NCBI GenBank assembly: GCA_051252135.1
Contig: JBPOGH010000010.1
Coordinates: 128,130 to 192,129, forward strand
From: Verrucomicrobiaceae bacterium
GTDB lineage: Bacteria; Verrucomicrobiota; Verrucomicrobiia; Verrucomicrobiales; Akkermansiaceae
Direction: 5' to 3'
Length of the DNA stretch: 64,000 nt
The translations under genes were made by a program, and so were the position numbers. Under the pieces are notes generated by a model, which saw only the letters and a program-made list of their open reading frames with translations, was not told the origin of the DNA and ran no database searches. Of this stretch, positions 26,627 through 37,401 are shown in pieces. How positions within the stretch are numbered: position 1 is the first letter of the stretch; each line of letters opens with the position of its first letter.

Positions 26627-28837
26627 TTATTGGGAGAGGGTGATGCGTTTATCGGCGGTGAGATTGACGAGGTCCTGAAGGACGTGGAGCCCTTCGCGGT
26701 GGATGGGGTCGAGCCCGCTGGGCCAGTCGGGGGTGTCGTCGAGGTTGGCAATTTCATCGTCGAGGAGACGCATGTAGCTTTGGTCATCGTGATCGGGATC
26801 GGCGATGGGGAGGGATTCGGCATCTGCGTCATCGAGGGTGAGGCGGTAGATTTTCATGGCCTGGTCATCGGATTTTTTGACCTCGGCAAAGCGGGCGCGG
26901 CGCTCGGCATTGCGTTCTTTTAAGCGCGCTTCCGCTTCGGTGAGTTCGGCGATTCTTTTTTCAAGATTGAGCGAGGTGTAGGGGTCGGCGTCTTCTTTTT
27001 TGATTCGCAGGATGTCCTCCTGGAGGTAGTGGAAGTCCTTTTGGGCCGAGATGCGGTCGGCGCTTTTTTTACGGAGAGGGTCGATGAAGAGGTCCTTGCG
27101 GGGGAGGGGTTCGAAGCCGTCGGCCTTGCGGATGTCATCGTAGGGGAGGGCGAAGTCCATGAAGGCTTCGCCGTACTCGCTGGCATCGCCGATGCCGGGG
27201 AGGATGATGTCGGGGATGACGCCGCGTTGTTGGACGGATCCGCCGGAGACGCGGTAGTATTTTCCGGTGGTGAACTTGACCCAGCCGGCGCGGTCGCGGT
27301 CGGCAAAAACGGGCATGTATCGTGAGATGTCGATGGGTTGCTGGATGGTTCCTTTTCCGAAGGTGGAGGATTCTCCGACGACGACGGCGCGGTTGTAGTC
27401 CTGGAGGGCGGCGGCGAGGATTTCGGTGGCGGAAGCGCTGCTCTTATCGGTGAGCATGACGAGAGGTCCTTCGTAGAGGGGTTTGCGGAGGGTTGATTTG
27501 AGGGACTGGACGTCACCGCTGGTGGTTCTGGTCTGGACGACGGGGCCGCGGGGGACGAAGAATCCGGCGACGCGGGCGACTTCATCGAGGGAGCCTCCGC
27601 CATTGGCGCGGAGGTCGAGGACGATGCCATCGACCTGGTCCTTCATGAGGCGGCGGATGATGATCTCGAGGTCGTTTGAGACGCTCTTGCTGCCGCGTCC
27701 GAAGGTGAAATAAAATGAGGGGATATCGATGAGTCCGAGTTTTTTACCGGTGACGAGTTCGATGACCTTGGCGGTGACGAGTTCATCCTTGATGGTGACG
27801 GTGCCGCGCTCGATGACGACGACGTGTCCGGGAGCGTCGGGGCCGTCGCCCTCGCTGATTTTCAGTCCGACCTTGGTGCCTTTTTTACCGAGGATTTTTT
27901 CAACGACCTTGCTGATGGGGAGGAACATGACGGACTCGAAATTTCCATCGTTGAGGGAATCGACGGCGACGATGCGGTCGCTCAGCTTGAGGTCGCCCTG
28001 TTTGTCTGCCGGGCCGCCGTTGACGATGCCGCGAATTTTGGTGGCTCCGTCATCCTCGGCGGTGAGGGAGGCGCCGATGCCGACGAGCTCGTTGCTGACA
28101 TTGATGCGGAACTGCTCGTGTTCGCGCGGGCTTTGGTATTCGCAATGTGGGTCGTGCGAGCGGGCGACGGCGCTGAAGACGTAGTTGGCGATGTCCTCCT
28201 TACCGGATTCGAGGATGGCTTTGAGGAAGCGCTCGTAGCGGAGGGAGATTTTCTTTTCGGCGCTCATTCCGGATTTGAACGGGCTTTCCTTGCCCTGGGC
28301 TTCGGCGAGGTGGTTGAGGCGTTCGCGGCGGACGTGCTCGCTCAAGAGGGTGTTTTTGAGGTCGAGCTTCCAGCGTTGGCGGAGGGTGTCGACATTTTGC
28401 GGCCAGGGTTCGTCCTCGTGGTCGGTGATGATTTTTTCATCGGAGTCGAAGGTGAATTTTTCTTTTTCGAGAAGGGCCTGGACGATGGAGACGTGTTCCT
28501 TGACGCGGGAGCGGTAGAGCTCGAATACCTCTTCGGCAGGTTCGAGGGCATCGCCTTGGGTGAGGAGTTCGTGGAATTGTTTTCCGTATTGGTCCCGGAA
28601 GCCGTCGATCTCAGGCTGGGTGAAGAAGGATTTATTGGGGTCGAGAGTGTCGAGGTAGGTGTTGAAGAAGCGGAGGCCTAATTCCTCGTTGTAGGGGATT
28701 CGTGCGTAGTGGCCATTTTGGAGGAGGCGAATCATTTCGCTGCCGACGAGGTTGAGGTCGGCAGCGGGAGCCGGGGACGAAAGGAGGCTGGCAGCGACGA
28801 GAGGAGCCAGGGCGAAGCGAAGGAGTGAAGGCATCAT
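26627..28837 (-). CDS. prc: Carboxy-terminal processing protease (Prc/Tsp, S41A)
   Basis: DPH; PDZ GIGA; LDLRANGGG; SASATEI; TFGKGTIQ; GVIPDI. Confidence 0.92.
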   Translation of the reverse strand: MMPSLLRFALAPLVAASLLSSPAPAADLNLVGSEMIRLLQNGHYARIPYNEELGLRFFNTYLDTLDPNKSFFTQPEIDGFRDQYGKQFHELLTQGDALEPAEEVFELYRSRVKEHVSIVQALLEKEKFTFDSDEKIITDHEDEPWPQNVDTLRQRWKLDLKNTLLSEHVRRERLNHLAEAQGKESPFKSGMSAEKKISLRYERFLKAILESGKEDIANYVFSAVARSHDPHCEYQSPREHEQFRINVSNELVGIGASLTAEDDGATKIRGIVNGGPADKQGDLKLSDRIVAVDSLNDGNFESVMFLPISKVVEKILGKKGTKVGLKISEGDGPDAPGHVVVIERGTVTIKDELVTAKVIELVTGKKLGLIDIPSFYFTFGRGSKSVSNDLEIIIRRLMKDQVDGIVLDLRANGGGSLDEVARVAGFFVPRGPVVQTRTTSGDVQSLKSTLRKPLYEGPLVMLTDKSSASATEILAAALQDYNRAVVVGESSTFGKGTIQQPIDISRYMPVFADRDRAGWVKFTTGKYYRVSGGSVQQRGVIPDIILPGIGDASEYGEAFMDFALPYDDIRKADGFEPLPRKDLFIDPLRKKSADRISAQKDFHYLQEDILRIKKEDADPYTSLNLEKRIAELTEAEARLKERNAERRARFAEVKKSDDQAMKIYRLTLDDADAESLPIADPDHDDQSYMRLLDDEIANLDDTPDWPSGLDPIHREGLHVLQDLVNLTADKRITLSQ

Positions 28838-28955
28838 GAGGAGAGTGGTGCGGGGATTGTTCCGCTATAAAAGAGCGTCACCAAACTACTCTCTTTTCAG
28901 GGATATTCGAGAATGATTTACGTGGTTTGGGAGGTCAATTGATCAAGCGGGGGAC

Positions 28956-28989
28956 AAAAAAATCCGGGACTGCGGAGGCAGGCCCGGAT
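28956..28989 (-). terminator. Intrinsic terminator of the Gld-like ABC operon
   Basis: A7 run next to the imperfect stem tccgggactgc/gcaggcccgga. Confidence 0.6.
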
Positions 28990-29011
28990 GGGTGTTAGGG
29001 ATGAAGTGTGA

Positions 29012-30382
29012 TTACTCTTCTTCCTTCTCTTCCGCTTTGGGGGCCCGGGGGATGGCGATGGGAGGGGTGACGGCTTCGATGCGCTTGCGGGGTTTGTTGG
29101 CTCCTTCCGGGGGCTTGCCGGGGGTCATGATGCTGGGTGCGCCTTGAACGTTCGGCTTGGGGGCGACGGGTGCCGGGGTGGTGCCTGCGGGTTTCGCGGG
29201 AGCGGGTGGGGCTTTCATCTTCTGCAGCTTGGAGATGGGCTTGAGAAGGGGTGCGACGACGAAGTTTGAAACGAGGAAGTGGCGGCCTTCGAGGGCTTTT
29301 TGCTGCGCGAATTTTTGTTCCTCGAGCCTCTTGTTTTTGACGAGGGCCTGGTAGCCGGCTTTTTGTGCTTCGGTGGCGTCCTCGCCGGGCTTGACGGGAT
29401 CCTTGGGGCCGGAGGTGAGTTTGAAGCTTACGATGTAGTTCCGGTTGTCGGTTTTTTCTTCCTTGTCGTCTTTTTTATCGTCCTTCTTTTCCGGCTCGGC
29501 CTTCTTTTCGGGAACGATGTGGAAGGCGTAAGTGATGCCGGATGCGGTCTCGATGATGACGTCGCGCGCGTCCTCTTTGGCGGCGCGTTTTTCGACCTCC
29601 TTTTCAGAAAGCAGCTCAATGAAGGTGCTGGTTTCCATGAGGTTTCTGAGCGGGGCGGTGCCGGTGATTTCGGTTTCGAGATCGTCGCGGAGGCCTTCGA
29701 GCTGGAAGTTGTCCCCTGCGGTCTTGCGGCTGACGGTCCAGGGTTGGACGAGCTCGTTATGAGGTTTCATTTCGATGCGGAGAGGGGCTTCGACCTTGGG
29801 GAGTTTTTTGTCGATCCATCCGACGGAGCTGGTGGGGAGGGAGTCGAATCCTTCTTCCACGATGTAGACTCCGGTGGGGTCATCGGAGAAGCGGACGAAG
29901 CGGGCTTCGGTGCCGCCATTTCCGCCGGTGCTTTCGCTGGGCTTGCCGATGTAGACGGAGCGGGTGGGTGCGCCATCGGGTCCGAGGACGGTGAGGACGC
30001 GGGGCCGGTCGGCGGGGTCTTCGGCGGATTCATCGAGACCGAAGCGGGCCCAGTGTTCCGCGGTGGCGGGAAGGCCTTGCACGATCTTGAGCTTGCGGAC
30101 GGCATCGAAGGCGCGCGAGAGGCTGCCGAGGGTGGCGGGGTAGTCGCCTTCTTCGGCGACGATCCAGCTATTTTCAGCGAGCTTGATGGTGGAGGTGTTC
30201 TCGCCGTTGAGATAGACGAGTCCGGTTGATTCGCGTAGTTCGCTTGCTTCAAAAACGGTGTCGCCCTGGTTGAGGTCGGTATCGTTTTGAGCGGCCCGGT
30301 TTTTCTGGCCTTTGAGGGTGAAAACAATGACGCCCGCGACGAGTGCGAGCACCCAGAGGATCAAGAGATGGAGACGTGACAT
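29012..30382 (-). CDS. DUF4340-like protein
   Basis: N-terminal TM; DYPA and FGL motifs; typical last gene of GldAFG-like operons. Confidence 0.7.
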   Translation of the reverse strand: MSRLHLLILWVLALVAGVIVFTLKGQKNRAAQNDTDLNQGDTVFEASELRESTGLVYLNGENTSTIKLAENSWIVAEEGDYPATLGSLSRAFDAVRKLKIVQGLPATAEHWARFGLDESAEDPADRPRVLTVLGPDGAPTRSVYIGKPSESTGGNGGTEARFVRFSDDPTGVYIVEEGFDSLPTSSVGWIDKKLPKVEAPLRIEMKPHNELVQPWTVSRKTAGDNFQLEGLRDDLETEITGTAPLRNLMETSTFIELLSEKEVEKRAAKEDARDVIIETASGITYAFHIVPEKKAEPEKKDDKKDDKEEKTDNRNYIVSFKLTSGPKDPVKPGEDATEAQKAGYQALVKNKRLEEQKFAQQKALEGRHFLVSNFVVAPLLKPISKLQKMKAPPAPAKPAGTTPAPVAPKPNVQGAPSIMTPGKPPEGANKPRKRIEAVTPPIAIPRAPKAEEKEEE

Positions 30383-30419
30383 GGTGTTCTGTTGTTAACG
30401 GTTGATTTGATCAGATGGT

Positions 30420-32507
30420 TTAGCGTGCCTGGGTGGCGACGCGGCGGTAGAGGAAGATGCCGATGCCAGCGAGGAAGACGATGGCGGGCACCGAGAGGAT
30501 GGTTTTCCAGAAGATGCCGGATTTGATGGCGTCCTCCGAAGCCTGATAGTCTTTTTCGAGTTCGCGGATGCTCTTGGCGGCAGCGACCTGTTGTTCGCGC
30601 AGTTTGGCGATGGTTTCCTGCTGCTCTTCGCTGAGGAAGGGAGAGCGGCTGTCTTCGCGCTGGGCCTGGAGCTTTTGAATTTCTTCGGTGGCTTTGGTTT
30701 CCTCTTCGCGAAGCTTGTCGATTTTCTCACCGGTGAGTTCCTTGAAGCGGGTGCTCATTTCCTGAAAGACGGTGAAGGGGCGCCAGTTCGGAGTGCGGGC
30801 GCGGGCTCCGACAAGGTACTTCGAGTTGGTGGCCTGATCGAGGATATTGAAGACGAGGGGTCCGTTATCCGAGAGTTGTTGCGGGATGCCTCCGCCATTG
30901 CGCCCTCCGATGGAGAGCATGCGGTAGGCGGCTCCATCGTAGAGGAAGTCGGAATCGGAGAAGAGGTAGAGGTGGCCCTTGGCCTCGCCTGTCTTGAGGG
31001 AGGCCTTTTTGGCTTCTTCGAGTTCGGCTTGTTCCTCCTGGGTTTTCTCGACGATTTGGTTCTCCAGTTCGTTTCCGGGGTTTCCATCGGGGAAGGCGGT
31101 GGAGAAGTTTCCGCTGAGGTAGACGAGGAGGTCGTATTGCTTGTCGGTGGAGCGCAGCTTGAAGCGGAGGTTTTGAATCGATTCCGGATTGGTGACATCG
31201 GACGCGGGGACAAAGCCGGACTGACGTGAGCTGCGAATGAGACGGGAAATCTCGAGGCCCTGAGCGTTGATTTCGGTGAAGGCACCGGCGTAGCCGAAGA
31301 GGAGGTTGTCGATGGAGGCGAGGGCGATGTCGTCCTCGACGGGCATGTTCTCCTTGTTGTAGTTCAGCAGGGTGGGGTTGTTCTGCATGCCGTGCTTGCC
31401 ATCGGCGAGAACCTGTTGCTCATCGAACTTGATTCCGTAGCCCTCGAAGAGCTTGGGAAGTGATGAGCTGGTGGGGGTGCCACCCTGGGAAGGCATGCCG
31501 GGGATTTGAGGTCCGGGTGCGGATTGTTGGGCGGCGATGGAGAAGGAATCGACGCAGGCGAGGACGGTGCCTCCGCGGAGGAGGTATTGGTCGAGTTGGT
31601 ACTCGGCCTCCTGGGTGATGCCGGCGGGGTGGATGACGAGGATGACGGGGATCTTTTTGGGATCGAGTAGCTCCGGTGCCTCGCCCCATTCCTGATCATC
31701 GTAGATGAAGGAGAGGCGGTCGGTGACGCCGATGCCGAGGTCGACGAGATTGTAGGCGCGCTGGAGATACTGGGCGAAGATCCAGCCCTGTCCGCGCTGG
31801 CCGCCGGTGGTCAGGTTGAGGGCGGAGACGAGACCGACGGTGGGTTTGTTCTCGGCGGAGACCTCGGCGATGGCGCTGATGAGATCGAACTCGAGTTGGG
31901 TTTCGTTTTGGGGGTTGAAGTAGGGGATGATGGTTTTTTTATCCCAGCAGGCGATGGAAACGCCGAAGAAGAGATTTTCATCCTGTGAAACGGGGACCTG
32001 TTGGATTTGGTCGAGGGCGGCGGCGTCCTCTTCATCGGTATTGGGTTTGGGGTCGATGAAGTTGACGATGAGATTGTCACCGGCGAGGGCGGAGAACTCC
32101 TCGAGGAGGTTATCGACGCGCGGGATGTAGCGCTTGATGTCGGCGGGGGTCGAGCGGAGATCGCGGGTGGCGTAGTAGTTGATCACGACGGGTTGATCGA
32201 GCTCGGTAAGGATGGCCTTGGTTCCCTCGGTGAGGGTGTAGCGGTCGTCCTCGGTGAGGTCGATATTTCCCCGGCCCAGCGGGATCATGCCGATGAGTTG
32301 GGTGATAAAGAAGACGAGGGCGGCGAGGACGGCGGTGCCGAAGGCGGCGCGGATGATCCTGCTGGAAGGGAGCAACGAGAGGGCGGCAAGGCCGACGAGG
32401 AGGAGGATCCACCGGGCCGGTTCGAGGGCTGCGTTGGCGAAGGAGAGGAGGAAGAGAATGAGGCCGAGGGCGGCGATTCCCAGGAGGGCTGGCTTAAGAG
32501 CTTTCAT
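30420..32507 (-). CDS. GldG-like ABC transporter auxiliary component
   Basis: IDLTEDDRYTLTEGT; LDQYLLRGG; SDSDFL; C-terminal TM. Confidence 0.88.
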   Translation of the reverse strand: MKALKPALLGIAALGLILFLLSFANAALEPARWILLLVGLAALSLLPSSRIIRAAFGTAVLAALVFFITQLIGMIPLGRGNIDLTEDDRYTLTEGTKAILTELDQPVVINYYATRDLRSTPADIKRYIPRVDNLLEEFSALAGDNLIVNFIDPKPNTDEEDAAALDQIQQVPVSQDENLFFGVSIACWDKKTIIPYFNPQNETQLEFDLISAIAEVSAENKPTVGLVSALNLTTGGQRGQGWIFAQYLQRAYNLVDLGIGVTDRLSFIYDDQEWGEAPELLDPKKIPVILVIHPAGITQEAEYQLDQYLLRGGTVLACVDSFSIAAQQSAPGPQIPGMPSQGGTPTSSSLPKLFEGYGIKFDEQQVLADGKHGMQNNPTLLNYNKENMPVEDDIALASIDNLLFGYAGAFTEINAQGLEISRLIRSSRQSGFVPASDVTNPESIQNLRFKLRSTDKQYDLLVYLSGNFSTAFPDGNPGNELENQIVEKTQEEQAELEEAKKASLKTGEAKGHLYLFSDSDFLYDGAAYRMLSIGGRNGGGIPQQLSDNGPLVFNILDQATNSKYLVGARARTPNWRPFTVFQEMSTRFKELTGEKIDKLREEETKATEEIQKLQAQREDSRSPFLSEEQQETIAKLREQQVAAAKSIRELEKDYQASEDAIKSGIFWKTILSVPAIVFLAGIGIFLYRRVATQAR

Positions 32508-32532
32508 AGTCTGAGTAGAGGTAAGATTGCGA

Positions 32533-33264
32533 TTAGGCACGTTGAGATTTGAGAACAAGATTGGTGCCGACGAGGCACACGGTGATGAGTCCGAAGAAGT
32601 AGAGGAGGCTGGCGACGCGGATGAGTCCGCGGGCGGCTTCCTGGAAGTGTGAGTAGACGCCCACGGAGGCGAGGAGATCGACGCTTTCCTTGGACCACGA
32701 GCGGCGAAGCTCGTTGATGACCTGATCGATGCCGCAGACGGTTAGGAGGAAACAGACGGCGACCGAGATGATGAGGGCGACGACCTGATCGCGGGTGAAG
32801 GCGGAGATCAGGGAAGTGATGGCGAGGAAAGTGCAGCAGACGAGGAAGCTGCCGAGGTAGCCGGAGAAGATGGCCCAGTTATCGGGATCTCCGAGCCAGT
32901 TCACCGAGATGACGATGGGGAAGGTGAGGAGAAGGGCGATGAACCAGACGAAGGCGGAGGCGAAGAACTTCCCGAGGATGGCGGAGCGCATCGAGACGGG
33001 CATGGTGCCGAGGAGTTCGATGGTGCCGGAGCGGTGCTCATCCGACCAAAGGCGCATGCCGACGGCGGGCGCGAGGATCATGAGGAGGAGCGGGTGCCAC
33101 CAGAAGAAGGAGTAGTTGAGGCTGGCATCCTGGAAGTCCCAGAAGCGACCGAAGGTGAAGGTGAGCCCGATGGAAAGGAGGCTGAAGATGACGATGATGG
33201 CGTAGGCGGTGGGCTGGGAGAAGTAGCTTCCCAGTTCGCGTTTGAAAATATTCCACGTGTTCAT
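32533..33264 (-). CDS. GldF-like ABC-2 permease
   Basis: FKRELGSYFSQPTAY; MRLWSDEHRSGTIELL; ILGKF. Confidence 0.9.
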   Translation of the reverse strand: MNTWNIFKRELGSYFSQPTAYAIIVIFSLLSIGLTFTFGRFWDFQDASLNYSFFWWHPLLLMILAPAVGMRLWSDEHRSGTIELLGTMPVSMRSAILGKFFASAFVWFIALLLTFPIVISVNWLGDPDNWAIFSGYLGSFLVCCTFLAITSLISAFTRDQVVALIISVAVCFLLTVCGIDQVINELRRSWSKESVDLLASVGVYSHFQEAARGLIRVASLLYFFGLITVCLVGTNLVLKSQRA

Positions 33265-33285
33265 GGTATTAAAAATGAGTGCGGG

Positions 33286-34011
33286 TTAAGCGGCGGAAGT
33301 TTCGGAAGTGGTGACGTCGTGGAAGAGATCGTAGAGTGATCCGTTTCCTTGTTTGGTGAGTTCCTCGGGGGTGCCATCGGCGACGATGGTTCCCTGGTCG
33401 ACGATGACGGCGCGGGTGCAGGCTTCGGCGACCTCTTCGAGAATGTGGGTGGAGAAGAGAATGGCTTTCTCTTTTCCGAGGTTGCGGATGAGCTTGCGGA
33501 CTTCGCGTTTCTGGTTGGGGTCGAGTCCGTCGGTGGGTTCGTCGAGGACGAGGACTTCGGGATCGTGAAGGAGGGATTGGGCGAGGCAGGTGCGGTGGCG
33601 GTAGCCCTTGGAGAGGGTGTCGATGGACTGGTGGGCGACGCTCTCGAGGAAGCAGGTTTCGATGGCTTTTTCGACGGCGCTTTTTCGGGCGGAGCCACCG
33701 AGGCCGTGCATGGAGGCGCAGAACTTGAGGAATCCGCGGACGGTCATGTCGTTGTAGAGGGGAGCGGACTCGGGGAGGTAGCCGATTTTCTTTTTGGCTT
33801 CCCGGGAATTGGAGATCATGGAGACGCCGCCGATTTCGATGGTGCCATCGGTGACGGGGATGAATCCGGTGACCATGCGCATGGTGGTCGATTTGCCTGC
33901 TCCGTTGGGGCCGAGGAATCCGAGGACTTCGCCCTTTTTGACTGAGAATGAGAGGTTATCGACGGCGACCTTATGGCCGAATCGTTTGGTGAGGTTGTTG
34001 ACTTCAATCAT
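33286..34011 (-). CDS. GldA-like ABC ATP-binding protein
   Basis: GPNGAGKSTT; LSKGYR; LDEPTDGLDPNQ; STHILEEV. Confidence 0.93.
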   Translation of the reverse strand: MIEVNNLTKRFGHKVAVDNLSFSVKKGEVLGFLGPNGAGKSTTMRMVTGFIPVTDGTIEIGGVSMISNSREAKKKIGYLPESAPLYNDMTVRGFLKFCASMHGLGGSARKSAVEKAIETCFLESVAHQSIDTLSKGYRHRTCLAQSLLHDPEVLVLDEPTDGLDPNQKREVRKLIRNLGKEKAILFSTHILEEVAEACTRAVIVDQGTIVADGTPEELTKQGNGSLYDLFHDVTTSETSAA

Positions 34012-34216
34012 AGCTCAATGACATTGATGTATGCACGATGTAAGCGTCGGGCGCGCTGAAATTGTGCGCGAATTTTAGTTAGATTTGCGATTTTTCAAGA
34101 GGAAAGCGGAAGTTTGTGTCGGGTGTTGGGGGTGGGACGGGTGAGGGAAGCGGGGGGCGGGATAAATTAGAGGTGCACGGAGGGGGGGCGTGGGGACATA
34201 ATCTTGGGGAACAGGA

Positions 34217-35584
34217 TTGATGATGATGAAGGGTGTTTTGCTTGTGACTGTATTGATGGGAGTGCTGGTATCGGCCTCCGAGAAGCCCCATATTGTGCTG
34301 CTTTTTGTGGATGACTGGGGTTGGTCGGATATGGGGATGCGGAACCCGGACTTTGAGTCTCCGAACATCGACCAATTTGCGAAGGATAGCTTGAGCTTTG
34401 AACAAGCTTACATTCCGTGTCCGACGTGCAGTCCGAGTCGGGCGACGCTGCTGACGGGGAAGCATCCGGCGCGATTGAAGATGGTGCGTCACATTCCGGG
34501 AGGGCCGAAGTATCCGGAGTTTGACAAATTTGGGCGGACGGAGGTGGAGTGGAATCAATGGGAGGGTGATCCGGCGAAGTTTCCGTGCCGGAACTGGTTG
34601 CCGCTGGAAGAGACGACCTATGCGGAGGCGCTGAAGGAGCAGGGGTACTATAATCTTTTTGTGGGGAAGTGGCATCTGGGGCACGAGAAATACCACCCGG
34701 TGCATCAGGGGTTTGATCGTCAGATCGGGACCTCGAACTGGGGGCATCCGAAGGGGTATTATCCTCCGTATTTTAAGAATTCGACGGTGATGGCGGAGGA
34801 GAAGGAGCGGTATCTCACGGACAAGCTGACGGATGAGACGGTGGGATTTATCGAGGGGTATGAAGGGGAGAAGCCGTTCATGATTTCACTTTGGTATTAC
34901 TCGGTGCACGGGCCGCATCAGGGGCGGAAGGACTACGTGAAGCACTTCCAGGAAAAAGGGCTGGAGGGGCGGTATGCCCATTATGCGGCGATGGTGAAAT
35001 CGGTTGATGATTCGGTGGGTCGGGTGCGGGAGGCGTTGGTGAAGAAGGGGATCGCGGAGAAGACGATGGTGATTCTGTTGTCCGACCAGGGTGGGTATTT
35101 TGAGAACAAGCCGTTTCGGGGAGGGAAGCGAGAGGAGACGCTTTTTGAAGGAGGGGCGCGGGTGCCGTTTTTTGTGAATTGGCCGGGGGTGACGAAGGCG
35201 GGGGCGAAGAACGAGAGTGTGGTGCAGACGGCGGATTTGTTTCCGACGCTGGTGGAGGTGGCGGGAGGCGAGGTGTCGAAGTTTAAGAATCAGGACGGGG
35301 TTTCGCTGCTTGAGACGATGAGGAGCAACGGGACCTTGAAGCGGGGTGAGCCGATTTATGGCTACCGGGCGTATGAGGATCTTTATGTTTCGGTGCGCGA
35401 GGGAGACTGGAAGCTGATGGCTTACCGAAGCGGGAAGGTGGAGCTCTTTAATATCGCCAAGGATCCGTCTGAGACGGCGGATGTGGCGAAGGAGAATCCG
35501 GAGACGGTGGCCGGGCTGACGGCCAAATTGATCGCGTGGGAAAAGGAGATGGGGGTGGAGGAATACTCCGGGGTGCGGAAGTAG
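34217..35584 (+). CDS. Sulfatase (formylglycine-dependent, S1)
   Basis: FVDDWG; CSPSRATLLTG (CxPxR); GKWHLG; SDQGG. Confidence 0.95.
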   Translation: MMMMKGVLLVTVLMGVLVSASEKPHIVLLFVDDWGWSDMGMRNPDFESPNIDQFAKDSLSFEQAYIPCPTCSPSRATLLTGKHPARLKMVRHIPGGPKYPEFDKFGRTEVEWNQWEGDPAKFPCRNWLPLEETTYAEALKEQGYYNLFVGKWHLGHEKYHPVHQGFDRQIGTSNWGHPKGYYPPYFKNSTVMAEEKERYLTDKLTDETVGFIEGYEGEKPFMISLWYYSVHGPHQGRKDYVKHFQEKGLEGRYAHYAAMVKSVDDSVGRVREALVKKGIAEKTMVILLSDQGGYFENKPFRGGKREETLFEGGARVPFFVNWPGVTKAGAKNESVVQTADLFPTLVEVAGGEVSKFKNQDGVSLLETMRSNGTLKRGEPIYGYRAYEDLYVSVREGDWKLMAYRSGKVELFNIAKDPSETADVAKENPETVAGLTAKLIAWEKEMGVEEYSGVRK

Positions 35585-35634
35585 ATTATTGCGAGGGGCG
35601 GCGGTGGTAGGCGTTCCTTGGTGGTGCCCGGCGG

Positions 35635-37401
35635 CTAGTTGTCGAGTCCGACGTGGAGCCGGAAGTATCCGGTGGGGAGATTGTTGACGGGGATCTTGCT
35701 GCGGTAGAGCTGGATAAGGCGTCCTTTGTAGAAGAAGGGGTTGTTGTAGGCTTCGATGTTATCGACGGGGCTGGCGGGGCCATCGAGGGTGTCGTAGAGC
35801 CGGGGGGTGACGGTGAATCCGGTGGCTTCCTGGTGGATGTTCACTTCGAGCCGGATGTAGAGGTCCTCGCCGGGGAGTCCGACGTAGGGGGCGGTGAGGA
35901 CCGAAATAGTGAAGCCATCGGACAAGGCGTTGGGGACGGCGGGGTCGAGCTTGAGGGCGAACTCGATGAGGTTGTTCATGCCGTCGCCATCGGGATCGTC
36001 ATTTTGTCCCTGTTGGTTGGCGGGAAGGTTGGCGACGTAGGAGGTGAAGGTGACGGGAGGGGGAGGGGAGACGTCGACGGGCGGGATGGTGGAGAGTTGG
36101 GTGGCGAAGTAGGAGCCGGACTTACCGATGATGAGGGTGTCGTTTCCGATGTAGAGTTCGTAGACACGGTTGAGCTCGTTGTTTACCTCAGCGGGATCAA
36201 ATTGGTAGACGCCCTCGATGTTTCCGCCCTGGTAGTCGATGCGGGCGACGTAGTGGGTTTGGACGTTGGCGTTGGGATCATAGATGGCGTAGCCGAAGTA
36301 GAAGTGCTGCGGGGTGATTTGGAATCCGCCGGGGTAGGAGTGGTTGGGAGCGAGGCCGTTGCGGAGGTCGATGACTTCGGTCCAGGTGTTGGCGCTCCAT
36401 TTGAGGAGGCGGGTGCCGTCGAGGTAGACGAGGTCGCCATTGGGAAGGGGCTTGAGTCCGTTGAGGGCGAGGTCGCCAAAGCCGCCGAGGTTGCTGACGG
36501 CTTTTCCGTTTACGAGGTCGCCGTCCTTGAGGATGGAGGTGGTGGTTCCGTTGGCGTGGGAGAGGAGGCTGCCTGATGCGGTGTGGCGGATGTAGAGGGT
36601 GTTGTTGGGGCCGAAGACGGCGGGAGCGCTGCTGTCCTCGAGATTGCCCCAGGAGGTGGAGCCATCGGGGAGGGTGCCATTTGAGTCGCCGACGGTTTGG
36701 ATGCCATTGGCCTCGGTCCAAAGGAAGAGGCCGGTGTGGTTTCCGCTTTCCTGACCGCGGAAGGCGATGATGGAGCCATCGGGGCTGACGGTGGGGTAGT
36801 TTCCGAAGCGGGTGAATTTTCCGGTGCCTCCGGGGAAGTCGGTGACACTCTCCTGGGCGATGATTTGGACGTTGTTGTCGGTGGCCTTGAGGACGAAGTG
36901 GGCGAAGCGGTCGTCATATCCGATGAGGGCGATGGTATCGGTGTCCGAGGCATGGGGGAGAGCGTAGCTGAAGCGATGGGTTTCGCCGTTGGCGATGGCG
37001 GCTTTGGCGCGGGGGATGTATTCCGTGGTGGTGAGGCCGGTGTATTTGAAGACGAGTCCATCGGCGCGGGTGACGTCGTCAATCTTCAGGGAGTGGACGA
37101 GGTAGAAATTGCCACCGCCCGAGGTGGAGTTGAAGGTTTCCAGGTTATTGGCGGGCTGCCCGGGAGCGGGGGGGGTGTTGGTGTCGAGAATGAGGTAAGG
37201 GTTGGGGCCGTTTTTTCCCCACACGAGATGGCTGTAGTAGAAGGTGCCGTCGATGGGCTCGAAGGCGTCGACGACGAGGGGATCGAGAGAGAGGATGTTG
37301 GTGGCGTGGTGGTCTGCTCCGGCGTGGTTGATGGAGAGTTTTTCGAAGGTGACTGCGGAGAGCGAAGAGAGGGAGAGCAGGGTGAGGAGTAGGGACTTCA
37401 T
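35635..37401 (-). CDS. Secreted beta-rich protein with a C-terminal DPDGDG Ca-binding-like segment
   Basis: Signal peptide from ATG 37401 (MKSLLLTLL...); DDPDGDGMNNLIEFAL; terminal GYFRL. Confidence 0.7.
   Translation of the reverse strand: MKSLLLTLLSLSSLSAVTFEKLSINHAGADHHATNILSLDPLVVDAFEPIDGTFYYSHLVWGKNGPNPYLILDTNTPPAPGQPANNLETFNSTSGGGNFYLVHSLKIDDVTRADGLVFKYTGLTTTEYIPRAKAAIANGETHRFSYALPHASDTDTIALIGYDDRFAHFVLKATDNNVQIIAQESVTDFPGGTGKFTRFGNYPTVSPDGSIIAFRGQESGNHTGLFLWTEANGIQTVGDSNGTLPDGSTSWGNLEDSSAPAVFGPNNTLYIRHTASGSLLSHANGTTTSILKDGDLVNGKAVSNLGGFGDLALNGLKPLPNGDLVYLDGTRLLKWSANTWTEVIDLRNGLAPNHSYPGGFQITPQHFYFGYAIYDPNANVQTHYVARIDYQGGNIEGVYQFDPAEVNNELNRVYELYIGNDTLIIGKSGSYFATQLSTIPPVDVSPPPPVTFTSYVANLPANQQGQNDDPDGDGMNNLIEFALKLDPAVPNALSDGFTISVLTAPYVGLPGEDLYIRLEVNIHQEATGFTVTPRLYDTLDGPASPVDNIEAYNNPFFYKGRLIQLYRSKIPVNNLPTGYFRLHVGLDN

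Noticed and set aside
29012..34011. GldA/GldF/GldG-like genes as evidence of gliding motility
   Set aside because: This ABC module is widespread in non-gliding bacteria and no other gliding or T9SS genes are present
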